Origin: Eledone cirrhosa | Taxonomy: Eukaryota | Reading direction: 5' to 3' | Length of the DNA: 64,000 bases | NCBI GenBank assembly: GCA_964016885.1 | Contig: OZ024745.1 | Location: forward strand, 97,588,001-97,652,000 | Shown: positions 26,161-41,102 of the stretch, piece by piece | How the letters are laid out: the number at the start of each line of letters is the position of its first letter | How positions within the stretch are numbered: the stretch's first letter is position 1 | Position numbers and translations under genes: made by a program | Notes under the pieces: generated by a model | Told to the model about the DNA's origin: nothing | Databases searched by the model: none | Seen by the model: only the letters and a program-made list of their open reading frames with translations

Positions 26161-26662
26161 TAGTGCCTCTCCGCCATATCCAAACACCTACCACTCGTTT
26201 TTCACTCCCCCTCTCAAAACCAAAACATACACCCTCCCTCATTCTCTCTCTCTCACTCTCTCCAGCAGAACCTACCCCTAGATTCCCCCACCCACCAACC
26301 TTCTTTCTTAACTCCCCCCCCCCCCCAAGCCCAGTCTCCAGACTTATATAGCTTATCTCCTTTCCCCTCTCCTCATCCTCCTCGTCTTCCTCATTCCTCC
26401 CCCCCCCCTTTCCCCACTACCTCCTCTTCTTCCAAGCCCAGTCACTCGACTTATATAGTTTATCTCCTCCTCCTCCTCCTACTCCTACTCCTCCTACTCC
26501 TCCTACTCCTCCTCCTCCTCCTTATCCTTCATCCCCTGCTTTCCACACACCTTCCTTCTTCCAAGCCCAGTTTCCAGACTTATATAGCTTATCTCCTCCT
26601 CCGCCTCCTCCTCCGCCTCCTCCTCCTCCTCCTCCTCCTCCTCCTCCTCCTCCTCCTCCTCC

Positions 26663-26701
<39 letters not shown>

Positions 26702-26994
26702 CTCGCCCCCTATCTTCTTCCACCACTAGCACCACCGCCACACCACTACCACCTCTGCCACCTCCGCCACCGCCGCCGCCAACAACAACAACAACAACAA
26801 TACCACCACCACCACCGACGCTGCCGCCACCACCAAATCCCACCACCACCTCCTCATCCCCCTACAGCAAGACAGTCGCAATACAGCCAGCCATCGATGA
26901 TATCACATGTACTTTACGCGATTGCCAAATAGACGCGTCTAGTTCTCAATAACATTGTGAACACACCTATAGAATAATATTTTACTACCTACCT

Positions 26995-28229
<1,235 letters not shown>

Positions 28230-29314
28230 GGACCACCGCATAGATATTCATTCTTATGTGCGTGTACGCGCTTGGAGAGTTTATTTACATAGATAAATAT
28301 TTATCAAGAAACAAACCAACCAACAAACAAACAAACAAACAAACAAAAAAAACAAACAAATAAATAAATAAATAATTAATATAAAGAAAGAAATTAAATA
28401 ATCAATAAAGATAAAAGAAAAGAATTAAGAAAAAGAAAAAGAAAAAGAAAAAAAGAAGAAAAGAAGGAAGCAAAAGGACAACTAGAAAGTCTTTGTCTTT
28501 TCTAGTTATGAATTACATCATTTGAAAACAAAGAACGATGTGTTTAAAATGTTCGTTGTTTTTATAGTATTTAAGGAAGTCTTTTCCAGTCATGTGTTCT
28601 ATGTTTAACATAAATGTCTCCAATGTCGTATTAGCACAATATAAGACCTACTGACAAATACTTTTAACGTAACCGGTTTCGATTTCTCTTTAATACCGTC
28701 CTAATTATTATTTTCCATTTTTTTCTTTTTCTTTCTTTCTTTCTTTCTTTCTTTATTTATTTATTAATATTTTTCTTTCTTTTCTGTCTTTTTTTCTTTC
28801 TTTCGTTCTTTATTTATTCATATTTGTCTTTCTTTTCTTTCTTTCTTTCCTTCTTCTTTTCCTTCTTTTCCTCATCTTCTTCGTTTTCTTCTTCTTCTTC
28901 TTCTTCTTCTTCTTCTTTTTCTTCTTCTCCTCCTCCTCCTCCTCCTCCTCCTCCTCTCCCTCCGCCTTCTTTTTCTTCTTCTTTTCCCCCTTCTTCTTCT
29001 TCTTCTTTTTCCTTCTTTTTCTTCATCTTCTTCTTTTTCTCCTCCTCCTCATCCCCCCTCCTCGTTCTTCTTTTTCTTCTTCTTTTCCCCTCTTCTTTTT
29101 CTCCTCCTCATCCTCCTTCCCCACCTCCTCCTCAACCTCCTTACTCTCATCCTCATCCTTCTTCTTCTTCTTCTTCTTGCCTACTGAAGACCTTTGCAAA
29201 ATTCCTGGCAAATTCATCCCCAATTTTATCAATACCATTTCTAAAAATATAAAATAAAACATAATAGTAGATGCTGACATATTCATATATTTATAGTTAA
29301 GAAATTCTTTTTAT

Positions 29315-30375
29315 AGGTTCCACCACCTCGTTACAAGGTTCAATCCTACAGCATTTTGCACTTTCTTCAGCAGTTATGTATAGGTGTCAGTTATCCGTCT
29401 CTTCATCTCTTTTGTGACTGTCCAGCACTCCACTCCATACACAAGCACACGTTCAACTATTGATCAAAAGAACTTTAGTTTGGTGTTCAAGTTTGATTTC
29501 CAAATGACATCCATTTTGTTTGCAACTGTCCAGGCTAAGTTAATTCTAGTGCTCATGTCTTTTTTTTTTCTGGGATGTTGATCCATGAATCTAGATACCT
29601 AAAATCCTCAACACTTTTTAAATAATTTATGTTTAGTGACACAATATCACCCTCTTTCTGGTTGTATGTAATATATTCCGTCTTCTCATTTATGTGAAGT
29701 CCAATTGTTTCAGCAGCCCATTCCTTTCTCTGTAACAACAGCTGTGCTTTTCTGCACGTGTCTGATAAGAGTGTGATATCATCTGCAAAATCAGCATCAG
29801 TTATTGTTATTTCAGGGTTTCCAGTGCTACGTTAAGTATGTAGTGTGAATCCTGTTTGATGAGCATGACATGTAACTTATCTCATTACATAGTCGAGTGT
29901 TAATATGGAGAGAATCGGAGCTAGTGTATCTCTTTGACGACACCCGTTTTCAGTTTGAAGAAGTCCGTTTCACCTTCAAGGAACAGTACTTTTGGTTCCA
30001 TACCGACGTAGAGAACACCCACTGCTGTCACAATTTGCAACGGAATTCCACACGCTTCCATTATTTGTTTGAGTTTTCTACGATGAATTGAATCGAAAGC
30101 TTTGCTAAAATCAATGAATGTGATAACAGCAGGAAGGGTCTTAGCTTTTACTCCTTCGATGGGTCTTTTAAGGGTCAGGATTTCCCCCACTGTTGATCTA
30201 TTTGAACGAAATCCACTTTGGTTCATGTGAATTATTGGTTCTAAATGAGGTTTAATTCTATGGAGTAGTTTTTTGGGTTTTTTTTTTTTTTTGTAGATTT
30301 TAGATGATATTACTGTAAGACTAATACCACATCACTAAAATCACCTTTTTTTGGAAGTGGAGCTATACCACTTAT
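29315..30375 (-). mobile_element. RTE-group LINE RT fragment (decayed)
   Basis: NQSGFRSNRST..FIDFSKAFDSIHR, DFADDI, GLHINEKTEY, VEDFRYLDSWI motifs. Confidence 0.9.
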
Positions 30376-30944
30376 GCTCCAAATTCTTTACTTATTTTCA
30401 TGAAAAGAATTTTTTACACACTTCGAGTATGATTGGTAACGAGAAAGACAACACAAATCATACAAGACATAAAGTAAAATATACTAATCACGTCCGTCAG
30501 AACTATATCCAAAACACTCACAGCTTAACAACAATCAAACCTGTATTAAATACTGGTACGAGGGCCATGTACGCCATCAGGCTGCAGTCGTTATATTACA
30601 TGGTTACAACGGTAACAACACGAGGAAGCCATTGAAATTACTGTCATGTTCTTTTTTTCATTCATTCGTTCGTTCATTCGTTCAGCCTCACTGACATATA
30701 GGACCTCAGGTGGATGTTACCTCATGGTCCCAGCTGACAGAATTGAAATGCGCCGAAAGAACCAATCAAACTCGTTGGACTCATTCTTGCGGGTGACCTA
30801 CTCTATTGCGATAACAGTGAGAAAAGAGGTGTTATATGTTTCTTATTCACCTTCAAATACCAGAAAATACCATGGGTACTGTATTTCTACTTTTCACTAA
30901 ACTATAAAATAAATTGAAATCAACACTGAAAGACGATTTTTTTT

Positions 30945-31612
30945 TATTTTATCGATCTCCGAAGCATGAAATTTCGATCTCCGAAGCGGGAAGTTTGAAC
31001 TCGATAGAATCCGAACTCTGAACGTATAAAACCGAAATAAATACCGTAAGGCATTTTGTCTGATGGTCTATCTATTGCATCATAATAATTGTTTCTACTT
31101 TTGGCATAAGGCCAGCAATTACCCAGAGCATTACTGGTACTTTATTTTATCGACTCCGTAAGGTTGAAAGGCAAAGTTAACCTCGGCGGGATTTGAACTC
31201 AGAATGGCAAGGGCCGTCACTCTATGCCAATCCAACCATAATAATGGTTTCTTATATAGGCACAAGGCCAGCAATTTTGGGGGAGGGGAAAGTCGATTAG
31301 ATCGACCCCAGTGCGTGACTGGTACTTTATTTTATCGACCCCGTAAGGTTGAAAGCCAAAGTTAACCTCGGCGGGATTTGAACTCAGAATGGCAAGGGCC
31401 GTAACTCTATGCCAATCCAACCATAATAATGGTTTCTTATATAGGCACAAGGCCAGCAATTTTGGGGGAGGGGAAAGTCGATTAGATCGACCCCAGTGCG
31501 TGACTGGTACTTTATTTTATCGACCCCGTAAGGTTGAAAGGCAAAGTTAACCTCGGCGGGATTTGAACTCAGAATGGCAAGGGCCGTAACTCGATGCCAA
31601 TCCAACCATAAT
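30945..31612 (-). mobile_element. OK-like SINE cluster including a 185-bp-period tandem trimer (31087-31612)
   Basis: aatggcaagggcc at 31203, 31388, 31573; each unit has the SINE B box and body; older 5' fragment at 30945-31060. Confidence 0.9.
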
Positions 31613-32028
31613 AATAATAATATCTTAGCTAGGCACAAGACTGTGTCTTTTGAAGGAAAATAGTAGTTGATTGAATAGACAAGGTACAAACAACCTTTTT
31701 GGGGCAGTGCGTCGCATAAGATATAGCTTACCATAAGCGGACCACATTACTAAAAAGTTCAAGGTTTTTAAAATTAGGCGTGCTATTCAGAAAACCAAAG
31801 GGACTGCATGCGGCTCGCGGACTGCGGCTTGCCTATGACTGCAATAGATCTAATATAAATTGCTGGTACATATTTGATCGGCTCCTGAAGAGATATAGAA
31901 GCCAAAAAGAACAGCGGGGTATAACCTTTAAAAATAGGTTCGACATCATTATCATGTCTACTCCGTTAATAAGACTAATTTTATTAGTTTTTTTTAAATG
32001 TTATTGCTGCTGTTGTTTTTTATTCTAT

Positions 32029-32059
<31 letters not shown>

Positions 32060-32208
32060 TGAAGAAATAATTCCGGTGTTATATAGTTCTGCATGATTAT
32101 TTGATTCATAATTCAAAAGATTGATTTCTTTTGAATAAATTCATTCGAATCAACTTCAGTACACACACACACACACACAGACTACACACACAGACACACA
32201 CAGACACA

Positions 32209-32277
<69 letters not shown>

Positions 32278-32311
32278 TCGCACACACACACACACACACA
32301 GAGCCATATAC

Positions 32312-32351
<40 letters not shown>

Positions 32352-32593
32352 GTAGGCATTTTTTTTTCCTATCGACCTCAATAAATGAAAAGAAAAATCG
32401 ACATTGGCAGGATGTAAACTCAAAATTCATCGGAGCGAAAGTAAATGATGAGATGTTTAAATCTTACACGGTGTAGTCTTGGCAATATCAATAGGTAAAT
32501 AAAATGTACACACACACATACACTCAGACAAATAATACATATACATACATGCATACATACATATATACATACATAAATACATATATACATACA

Positions 32594-33096
32594 TGATGGC
32601 TGCTCCCTCGTTATCGAGTATGGCCATTGCACGATATCGTGCAATACCTGTGCGTGAAGATATTTTTTAAAGTGAGGAAAGACTGTGCACTGAGCCAATC
32701 CCACTCCCTGAGCGACAGTAGCTATAACCCGAAAAGAAGAAAACATCAACATCATCGGTAACTACTGAGCCGCAGGTTTTATATCGGAGTTAACCCAGTT
32801 TCCTGTGTTGCCTTCTCCTAGAAGAATGCCCTGACAAAGGCTAGGGGTCCTTCACTCCCAGTGGTTTAACCGCGCGGCACATGTGTATATACATATTTAC
32901 ACACTTTTGGATGGCCGTTGACTCTTATGAGTTCTTCCGCCCCGTCTGGTTTTGTTTTTTGTCCTGCAGGGTGTCCAAAATCACCCCTCCTCACCAAGTA
33001 AACTTGGTGGGGATGCCGGTTTAGTCGCCGACGACCCGACCATGTGACAGGTTGTACTGGGTTACATGTTACCAGTAGCACTCAAGAGTGACCCGA
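32594..33096 (-). mobile_element. Non-autonomous RTE-derived element (~500 bp)
   Basis: Element sense has ctaggagaaggcaac (RTE 5'UTR-like) and ends catactcgataacgag...cagccatca(tgta)n; six further copies in the window. Confidence 0.85.
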
Positions 33097-33234
33097 CATT
33101 CATACATACATACATATATACATATATACATACATAAGCACATATATACATATAAACATATATATACATACATAAATATATACGTCTATATATATATATA
33201 TATATATACAAACATACACATACATATATATATG

Positions 33235-33301
<67 letters not shown>

Positions 33302-33527
33302 CATACATAAGCACATATATATATATATACATACATAAGCACATATATACATATATACATATATATACTTACATAAATATATACATCTATATATATATAT
33401 ATATATATACAAACATACACATACATATATATATGTTATATATATATATATATATCCCAGGAACAGTTTTTGATAGCGCTAGTTTGTGATTTAAATTCAG
33501 GAATTTTATATTCTTTGAATGAAAAGA

Positions 33528-33611
33528 ACCTTCTGACGAGAATCTTTCTTTGCAACGAAGGCCGTATGGTCTCCGTTTTATTTTTGGGATTCGAAACCGA
33601 TCGGTAAAGGT
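33528..33611 (+). ncRNA. Type I hammerhead ribozyme (copy 1)
   Basis: acctt-CTGACGA-GAATC...GATTC-GAAA-CCGATCGG-TA-aaggt; perfect stems I and II, palindromic stem III, GUA cleavage after 33606. Confidence 0.92.
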
Positions 33612-34010
33612 AACTATAGTAGGTAAAGTCAATTTTTTTAAATTTATTTTGAAACTTTTTCATTATTTACTAAACCTTGTTTATATTTGTTCTGGCTCGT
33701 TAATTTATTAACCCGCCATTGAACCACACTGGCATTTGGTTGGACAATACATGCGTACCTTGGCGCCTTGTGCGTGAAGGAACGCATTTCATATTACTAC
33801 TACCTCCACTAACGTTGAGAACAAATTTGGTCGTTCCGACTGCTGCTAGTAATAGCTGTGGCTAGTTTGACCTACCTCCTTTTGCCTCTATCTTTGCTAC
33901 GGCCCTTGATAAACCTGTTCTACATCATCCACTCTCATCCCAGGAACAGTTTTTGATAGCGCTAGTTTGTGATTTAAATTCAGGAATTTTATATTCTTTG
34001 AATGAAAAGA

Positions 34011-34094
34011 ACCTTCTGACGAGAATCTTTCTTTGCAACGAAGGCCGTATGGTCTCCGTTTTATTTTTGGGATTCGAAACCGATCGGTAAAGGT
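34011..34094 (+). ncRNA. Type I hammerhead ribozyme (copy 2)
   Basis: Identical to copy 1; cleavage predicted after 34089. Confidence 0.92.
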
Positions 34095-34161
34095 AACTAT
34101 AGTAGGTAAAGTCAATTTTTTTAAATTTATTTTGAAACTTTTTCATTATTTACTAAACCTT

Positions 34162-34209
<48 letters not shown>

Positions 34210-34232
34210 ACATATATATATATAGTCGATCC

Positions 34233-34410
34233 TAACGACCAATGTTACAGTTGTCCAACCAGCAGAACAGTCTGCTCGCTCGAGAAATTAACATGCAAGT
34301 GACTGAGCATTCCACAACTTCACAAACACATGTACCACTAACGTAATTCTCAGGGAGATTCACCATGACACTGTGTGACAAGAAGGCTGTTCTAATTTCA
34401 TGAACTAGCT
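34233..34410 (-). mobile_element. SINE 3' fragment (second family)
   Basis: Matches 15470-15630. Confidence 0.7.
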
Positions 34411-35025
34411 GTTCCTTAGATCGAACAAATGCATCACTCCTGGCAAAAACCGATAGAGATCCATTTCTTCCCATTTCGTCACTTCCTTTCACAGATGTCA
34501 CACTTGCAACCCTTCAGATTCCCAAGTATATCTAGAATGGTACTTTCTAGCTATGCCTGTTTAATCTGGTCCTCCTCACCCTCATTATAGCCTTCTTTAA
34601 CGGTGCTAAGGGCCTTGGTAAAGCCACAAACACCTGATTTAGAGACATGGGTAGTTTGATGCACTTTTCCTGAAGATGTCGTGCAATAAAGATCATGATA
34701 AAACATTACATCATTTGATTTAAGACCAGACTATGTTTCATGTAGTACGGGCTGGTGGGATTTGGAGAAGATGACTTTTATTAATCCCATCCCATTTGCT
34801 TACACACAAACACACACACACACATATATATATATAACAAAAATAAAAATGTTTATGTTACATAAATCGCTGAATCATTATAATTATTTCCACGCTTCTC
34901 CGTGCAATCGAGAAGTCTTTCATGCATTTGTTGTTATGAGAACGGTATCCTCAGATGAAACCCGAATTAGTGATATGTTGCCGGTCGTATAAAACACACA
35001 CGTCCTTCTGCTCGTGTGTCCAGAA

Positions 35026-35130
<105 letters not shown>

Positions 35131-35200
35131 GAAAGGTATAGAAAATATTGCAGCATCAAAATGGGAAAAATAGTTAACGTAAGATGTGGGAAAAATAATT

Positions 35201-35278
<78 letters not shown>

Positions 35279-35289
35279 CATATATATAC

Positions 35290-35347
<58 letters not shown>

Positions 35348-35434
35348 GTGATATATATATATAGGTAAGGAGACACCAAACAAAGGTACAAAAGGTCTTA
35401 TTAGTTTCACGCTTTATATTGGAAAGAGGAAAGA

Positions 35435-35475
35435 AAGTTCGACGTGTCGGGCTTAAGCTCTTCTTCAGGAGTACA
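35435..35475 (-). ncRNA. Degenerate minimal hammerhead
   Basis: Minus strand: tc-CTGAAGA-agagc-ttaa-gccc-GACA(for GAAA)-CG-TC-ga; lies ~70 bp from a TA tract. Confidence 0.5.
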
Positions 35476-35683
35476 AATAGCGACATTATCACAATGGAGA
35501 AACAGAAAGAATGTCCAGTAAAGACACAAAAAAAGAAAACGTCTAAAACCTTCCTTCATGATTTTATATAGGAAACACCAGTTTAATTATGCAAATGTTA
35601 CTTATATTATCTACAAAATCCTTCTAAATACTTGAATAATTTTAGAAATATGTTAACGAAAAGGTTAATACTGTATTGTGAAA

Positions 35684-35975
35684 ACGCGTTGTTTAGTGGT
35701 TAGGTGTGTTCAGCTCACGATCTAAACGTCACGTCCTGAGTTCGATCCCCGGCAACACGTTGAGACCTTGAGCTAGACAATTTATGTCAAGTTGCTCCAG
35801 TCCACTCAGCTGATAAAAAATAACCAGTCTTGTCAACGTAAGTACTACGTTAAGGGTTCATACACGCGTCTGTGGAATTATTTACCACTTGCACATTAAT
35901 TTTATGAATAGGCTGTTCTGTTGTTCGAACAACTGGAAGAGTCCTCGTTGGAACTAACGTAGATCCAACAACAAC
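35684..35975 (+). mobile_element. tRNA-derived SINE (second family), near full length
   Basis: tagtggttagg A box, gagttcgatccc B box, gttgctccagtccactcagctg core, (caa)n tail. Confidence 0.8.
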
Positions 35976-36487
35976 GACAATACTATACTATGTGATGTGG
36001 GACAGATTTGGTTGATATTTCTCTAGCTTCATAAATCGTTTCCCCTGAGTGTTAACTGATGATGAGACGAACATTATCATAGACTGTCTTTCAGTATTCC
36101 TATATAAAAATAATCCCTCAAACAACTATTACATACAACATTCAGCAATGGAGCAGAAAATGGGAAATAAATAGAAATTAGAAATCTGATAAAAGAGTGC
36201 AAATGGTATACAGTGAATAGGGGACCCCAAGGAATACATTCCCTAAGTCGGACACAAACCTGTGCTAGTTTGGATGTGTTAATAATAATTCACTGATTTG
36301 TATCCCTACGTATATACATGTATACATAGATGTATAAATACATACATACATTCATACATATATACACATATACATATGTACTTGAGCATGAGTATCACGG
36401 GCGTGGCTTTTTAGTTATGCTAGGGACTTGCCTATGGCCAGCAATGCCATACATCGTATGTATGTATGCGTATATTTATATATATTT

Positions 36488-36812
36488 GTTTCTCTTTTTC
36501 TTAATTTGAAGTACATTTTTGACTGGCCGCCTTCCTGGTGGCAAGGTTATAAAAGAAAAGAAATTGTTATCCCTTGAATCGCAAGAATGTTTTGCAAATT
36601 TTGAAGGTGCCAGCTATTGTAGCCAGTTTTAGTCTATGAATTAGGGAACTGCGCTCTTTGTCCACAAATCCAAGTTCGGTAATACTTTGGTCCAAGCGAG
36701 TTGGTATATGACCTGTAGCTCCAATAATGATGGGTATGAAGCTGAAGGTGTAACTTGGATACTGGATCTGCAAACTCCTCATCAATGGTCCGTAGATATC
36801 CTCCTTCTCTTG
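36488..36812 (-). mobile_element. R4/Dong-like LINE 3' fragment (family B)
   Basis: SLQIQYPSYTFSFIPIIIGATG...KTFLRFKG, matching 50910-51235. Confidence 0.9.
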
Positions 36813-36832
36813 TAAGTATGTATGTATGTATG

Positions 36833-37065
36833 TTCTTGTTTTATAATTTTATAAATAACAAAAAAAAAAAAATGTTTCCAATAGAGAGACACAGTCGGTT
36901 TCTAACATAGAATTTCTAACATTGGAATTTACACATCAACTAAGTAGATATGTATGGATGTTTTTGTATGTGTGATGTGTATGTTTTGAATTATATGTGT
37001 GCATATGCATATGCTTTGTATCTGTACAAGTGTATATGTAGTTATTACAAACAGAATATTTTGAA
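36833..37065 (-). mobile_element. R4/Dong-like LINE 3'UTR fragment (family A)
   Basis: Reverse complement of 58066-58290, ending ...gaa|catac. Confidence 0.85.
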
Positions 37066-37091
37066 TGTATGTATGATTCTATGTATGTATA

Positions 37092-37286
37092 TCAGGTCGC
37101 TCTTCAGCGTTACTGGTAACAAGTAACCCAGTACAACCTCTGCATGGTTGAGTCGTCGGCGACTAAACCGGCAACTCCACCAAGCTTGCTTGGTGAGGAG
37201 GGTGATTTTGGACACCCTGCTGGATGAGAAACGCAATCCGTCAAAGGGCGGAAGAACTCAGGAGAGTCAACAGCCATCCTATAAAG

Positions 37287-37361
<75 letters not shown>

Positions 37362-37605
37362 AGCGAGAGGCCCCTAGGCTTCCTTAAGACATCTCTCGAG
37401 GAGAAGATCACTTTGATATAAAACCTTTTTGGGTAAATGCGTTTGATGTTCAGAGAGTGGGATTGACCCCGTGCAAAGCCTTTCCTCCCTTAAAAAAGCT
37501 TCAAGCATAGACATCGCTTGATACGTGACATTTTTTGCTATGCATGGTATTGCTGGCCATAGGCAAGTCCATAGCAGGACTGAAAAGCCACATCCGTGAT
37601 GCTGA
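37092..37605 (+). mobile_element. Diverged RTE-derived non-autonomous element with internal (TG)n
   Basis: 5' part matches 44156-44345; 37450-37500 matches the cagagagtgggattg segment; its last ~60 bp also occur inverted at 36392-36453. Confidence 0.7.
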
Positions 37606-38712
37606 GATACGTATATGTATGTGTGTGTAAGTATACGTATGTTTGCGTGTGCCTATACGTATGTATGCATGTGTGTGTACTTATACGCATGTATGTGTGT
37701 GTGAGTATGTGTACGCATACGTATATGTGTGTGAGTACGTGTACATGTTTCTGCGTTAGTATATGTGTATATGTGTGTGAGTATGTGTATGTGTACGTAT
37801 ATGTATGTGTGTGAGTGTGTATACGTATGTATGTGCACGTATATGCATGTATGCGTGAGAGTATGTGTACGTATACGCATGTATGTGTGTGTGTGAGTGT
37901 GAGTACGTATATACATGTATGTGTGTGAGTGTGTGTACGTATACGCATGTATGTGTGTGTGTGAGTGTGAGTACGTATATGCATGTATGTGTGTGAGTTT
38001 GTGTACGTACGTATGTATGTGATTGTCTATACGTATACGAGTGCATGTGTGTGAGTATGTGTACGTATACGCATGTATGTGTGTGAGTGTGTGCACATAT
38101 ACCTATGTATGTGTGTCAGTGTGTGTATGTATACATATATGCATATATGTGAGTGAGTATGTGTACATATATTCATGTAAGTCTATGAATGTGTGTACGT
38201 ATACGAATGTATGTGTGTGAATGTGTGTACGTATACGAATGTATGTGTGTGAATGTGTGTACGTATACGAATGTATGTGTGTGAATGTGTGTACGTATAC
38301 CTATGTATGTGCGTGAGTATATGTACGTATACGAATGTATGTGCGTGAGTATGTGTACGTATACCTATGTATGTGTGTGAATGTGTGTACGTATACCTAT
38401 GTATGTTCGTGAGTATGTGTACGTATACGAATATATGTGCGTGAGTATGTGTACGTATACCTATGTATGTGTGTGAGTGTGTGTACGTATACGTATGTAT
38501 GTGCATGAGTATGTGTACGTATACGTATGTATGTGCGTGAGTATGTGTACGTATACCTATGTATGTGCGTGAGTATGTGTACGTATACCTATGTATGTGC
38601 GTGAGTATGTGTACGTATACGTATGTATGTGTGTGAGTATGTGTACGTATACCTATGTTTGTGTGTGAGTGTGTGTATGTATGCGTATATACGTATGTAT
38701 GTGTGCGTATGT
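37606..38712. repeat. Degenerate ~30-bp (TG/TA) minisatellite
   Basis: Unit gtgagtatgtgtacgtatacctatgtatgt and variants. Confidence 0.9.
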
Positions 38713-39048
38713 TTATAGACAGTGAGAGAAGCAGGCAGACATATAATATCAGCATCACTCCTCTCTTTCACTAATGCTTCAGACGCTAAACAAAGACCGG
38801 AAGTTATATTAGTATGGCCGCTATGAAATATAACTGCTTGCCATTGTTGGCTTTGATGTGAATTGTCTGAAGAAATGTCATTTTTACAAATTATTTCTAG
38901 TTTAATGTGGCCTGGAAAGCAATCGATAATGTCTGTGTCCTGATTTCATTCGAACAACAATAACAACACTTATAATTTATTGGCCACGGGAGCATTACAA
39001 TTTAGGAGGAAAAAATATAAAGAAGCACAAAGACACGCACGCCATAAG

Positions 39049-39108
<60 letters not shown>

Positions 39109-39685
39109 CATACACAAACACATACACACATAAACACATTCACAAACACATACACACAGAGACAAACACATACACATACACAAACACATACACATACAGA
39201 AAAACACATACACACACACACAGACAAACACATACACACAGAGACAAACACATACACATGCACAAACACACAGACAAACACATACACAAACACACACACA
39301 TACACACACAAACGCATACACAAACACATACACAAACACATACATAGACACCAACATGTGCACACACACGTGCAAGCACACTCACATGTATACACGCACG
39401 CACACACGAACACGCACAGACACACACAGCACAACACAGACAAACACACTCAGAAACACATACACAAACACAACTATAGACACCAACTCGCGCACACACA
39501 CGTGCAAACACAAGCACATGTACACACATGTGTGGGCGCACAGGTAGATTAACATATATACACACACGAACACACACAACACCGACTAGTAATTACGAAA
39601 TAAAATGCCAAGCATGCTTGCGAACGCACATACATAAATACGTACATACGTACATACATATGTACGAACATACGTACAGATAATA

Positions 39686-40190
39686 ATGGCTACCCCCTCG
39701 TTATCGAGTATGGCCATTGCACGATATACCATTATTAATAATTATAAATGTGCGTGAAGATATTTTTTAAAGTGAGGAAAGACTGTGCACTGAGCCAATC
39801 CCACTCCCTGAGCGACAGTAGCTATAACCCGAAAAGAAAAGATCAACATCATCGGTAACTACTGAGCCGCAGGTTTTATATCGGAGTTATCCCAGTTTTC
39901 TGAGTTGCCTTCTCCTAGAAGAATGCCCTGACAAAGGCTAGGGGGTCCTTCACTCCCAGTGGTTCAACCGCGCGGTACATGTGTATATACATATTTACAC
40001 ACTTTTGGATGGCCGTTGACTCTTATGAGTTCTTCCGCCCTTTGTCAGGTTTTGTTTTTTGTCCTGCAGGGTGTCTAAAATCACCCTCCTCACCAACTTG
40101 GTGGGGTTGCCGGTTTAGTCACCGACGACCCGACCATGCGACAGGTTGTACTGGGTTACATGTTACCAGTAGCACTCAAGAGTGACCCGA
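39686..40190 (-). mobile_element. Non-autonomous RTE-derived element
   Basis: Full-length match to 32594-33096. Confidence 0.9.
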
Positions 40191-40191
40191 C

Positions 40192-40228
<37 letters not shown>

Positions 40229-40331
40229 GAGTGAGGTTTTTTTTACAAACAAACATACATACATACATACACACATATATACATACATAAATACATCTAT
40301 ATACATAAATGGCAATTTCTGTCTGTTTGTT

Positions 40332-41000
40332 TAGGGAAGGGTAGAGTAGTGGTGCACAAAAATGTCTCTGCAAGCATCCTTCCAATAAAATTTGGTGTAT
40401 TTGGATCCCTTCTCTGTGACAATTAGTGTACAGACGAGTGGAGACAGGGATCCAGTGTTGTCTGGGTACTTAACCTCAAATTTTATGAGTGTGTCAATGT
40501 TTTCAAAGATGTAGATATTGTCGGTTTCTTCGTGTGATGAAGTGAGCATAAGGATGCCATACCTGGAGAAGAAGGAGCAAGAATAGCATGTGATGAGTGC
40601 TGTGTGCTCCAACTAGCCCATGTACATGATGGCCAGCAGGCTTGAAAGACTCGATGCCATTGGAACTCCTGAGATTTGTTTGTATACAGAGCCCTCAAAA
40701 GTGTCTCAGTGTTGCACATGGCGATAGAGAGCAGTTCACGGATGTCAGCGGCATTGAGCCAAAAACAATTGAGGTCGGTAGAGGCGATAATGTTGTCCGT
40801 AATTAAGTTGATGGCCAGGAAGGCAGTGACAGAGGTGTAAAGAGAAACTACGTCTACAAGGGTATCTATTCTGTCCAAGTGTGGTGGGGGGTCACCTTCT
40901 TTTAGTCTGTTGACTACGTCTTGTGAGCTGTCTACGTTTTCGGGGAAAGTGTGAAGGAGAGCTTTGAAAAGTCTGGAGAGAAGCCAAAGAATTATTAACT
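40332..41000 (-). mobile_element. Penelope-like RT fragment (decayed, different family)
   Basis: LVDVVSLYTSV, IRELLSIAMCN, YKQISGVPMASSLSSLLA, FFSRYG motifs across frames. Confidence 0.8.
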
Positions 41001-41021
41001 ACACTACTCACTCTCTTTCTG

Positions 41022-41102
<81 letters not shown>

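Larger units (their letters stand above)
33454..34169 (+). mobile_element. Retrozyme-like non-autonomous element: 483-bp monomer with 233-bp direct repeats
   Basis: Direct repeats 33454-33686 and 33937-34169, identical by eye, each with an intact hammerhead; 250-bp non-coding interior; TA runs on both sides. Confidence 0.88.

Noticed and set aside
37185-37225. GAGGAGGG in the RTE derivative as part of a twister ribozyme
   Set aside because: The UAA cleavage loop and the UCCCAAGC-type loop 4 could not be placed
36392-37605. Inverted 60-bp pair (36392-36453 / 37541-37604) as TIRs of a DNA transposon
   Set aside because: Better explained as two oppositely oriented retroelement 3' ends; no TSD, and the interior consists of other retroelements
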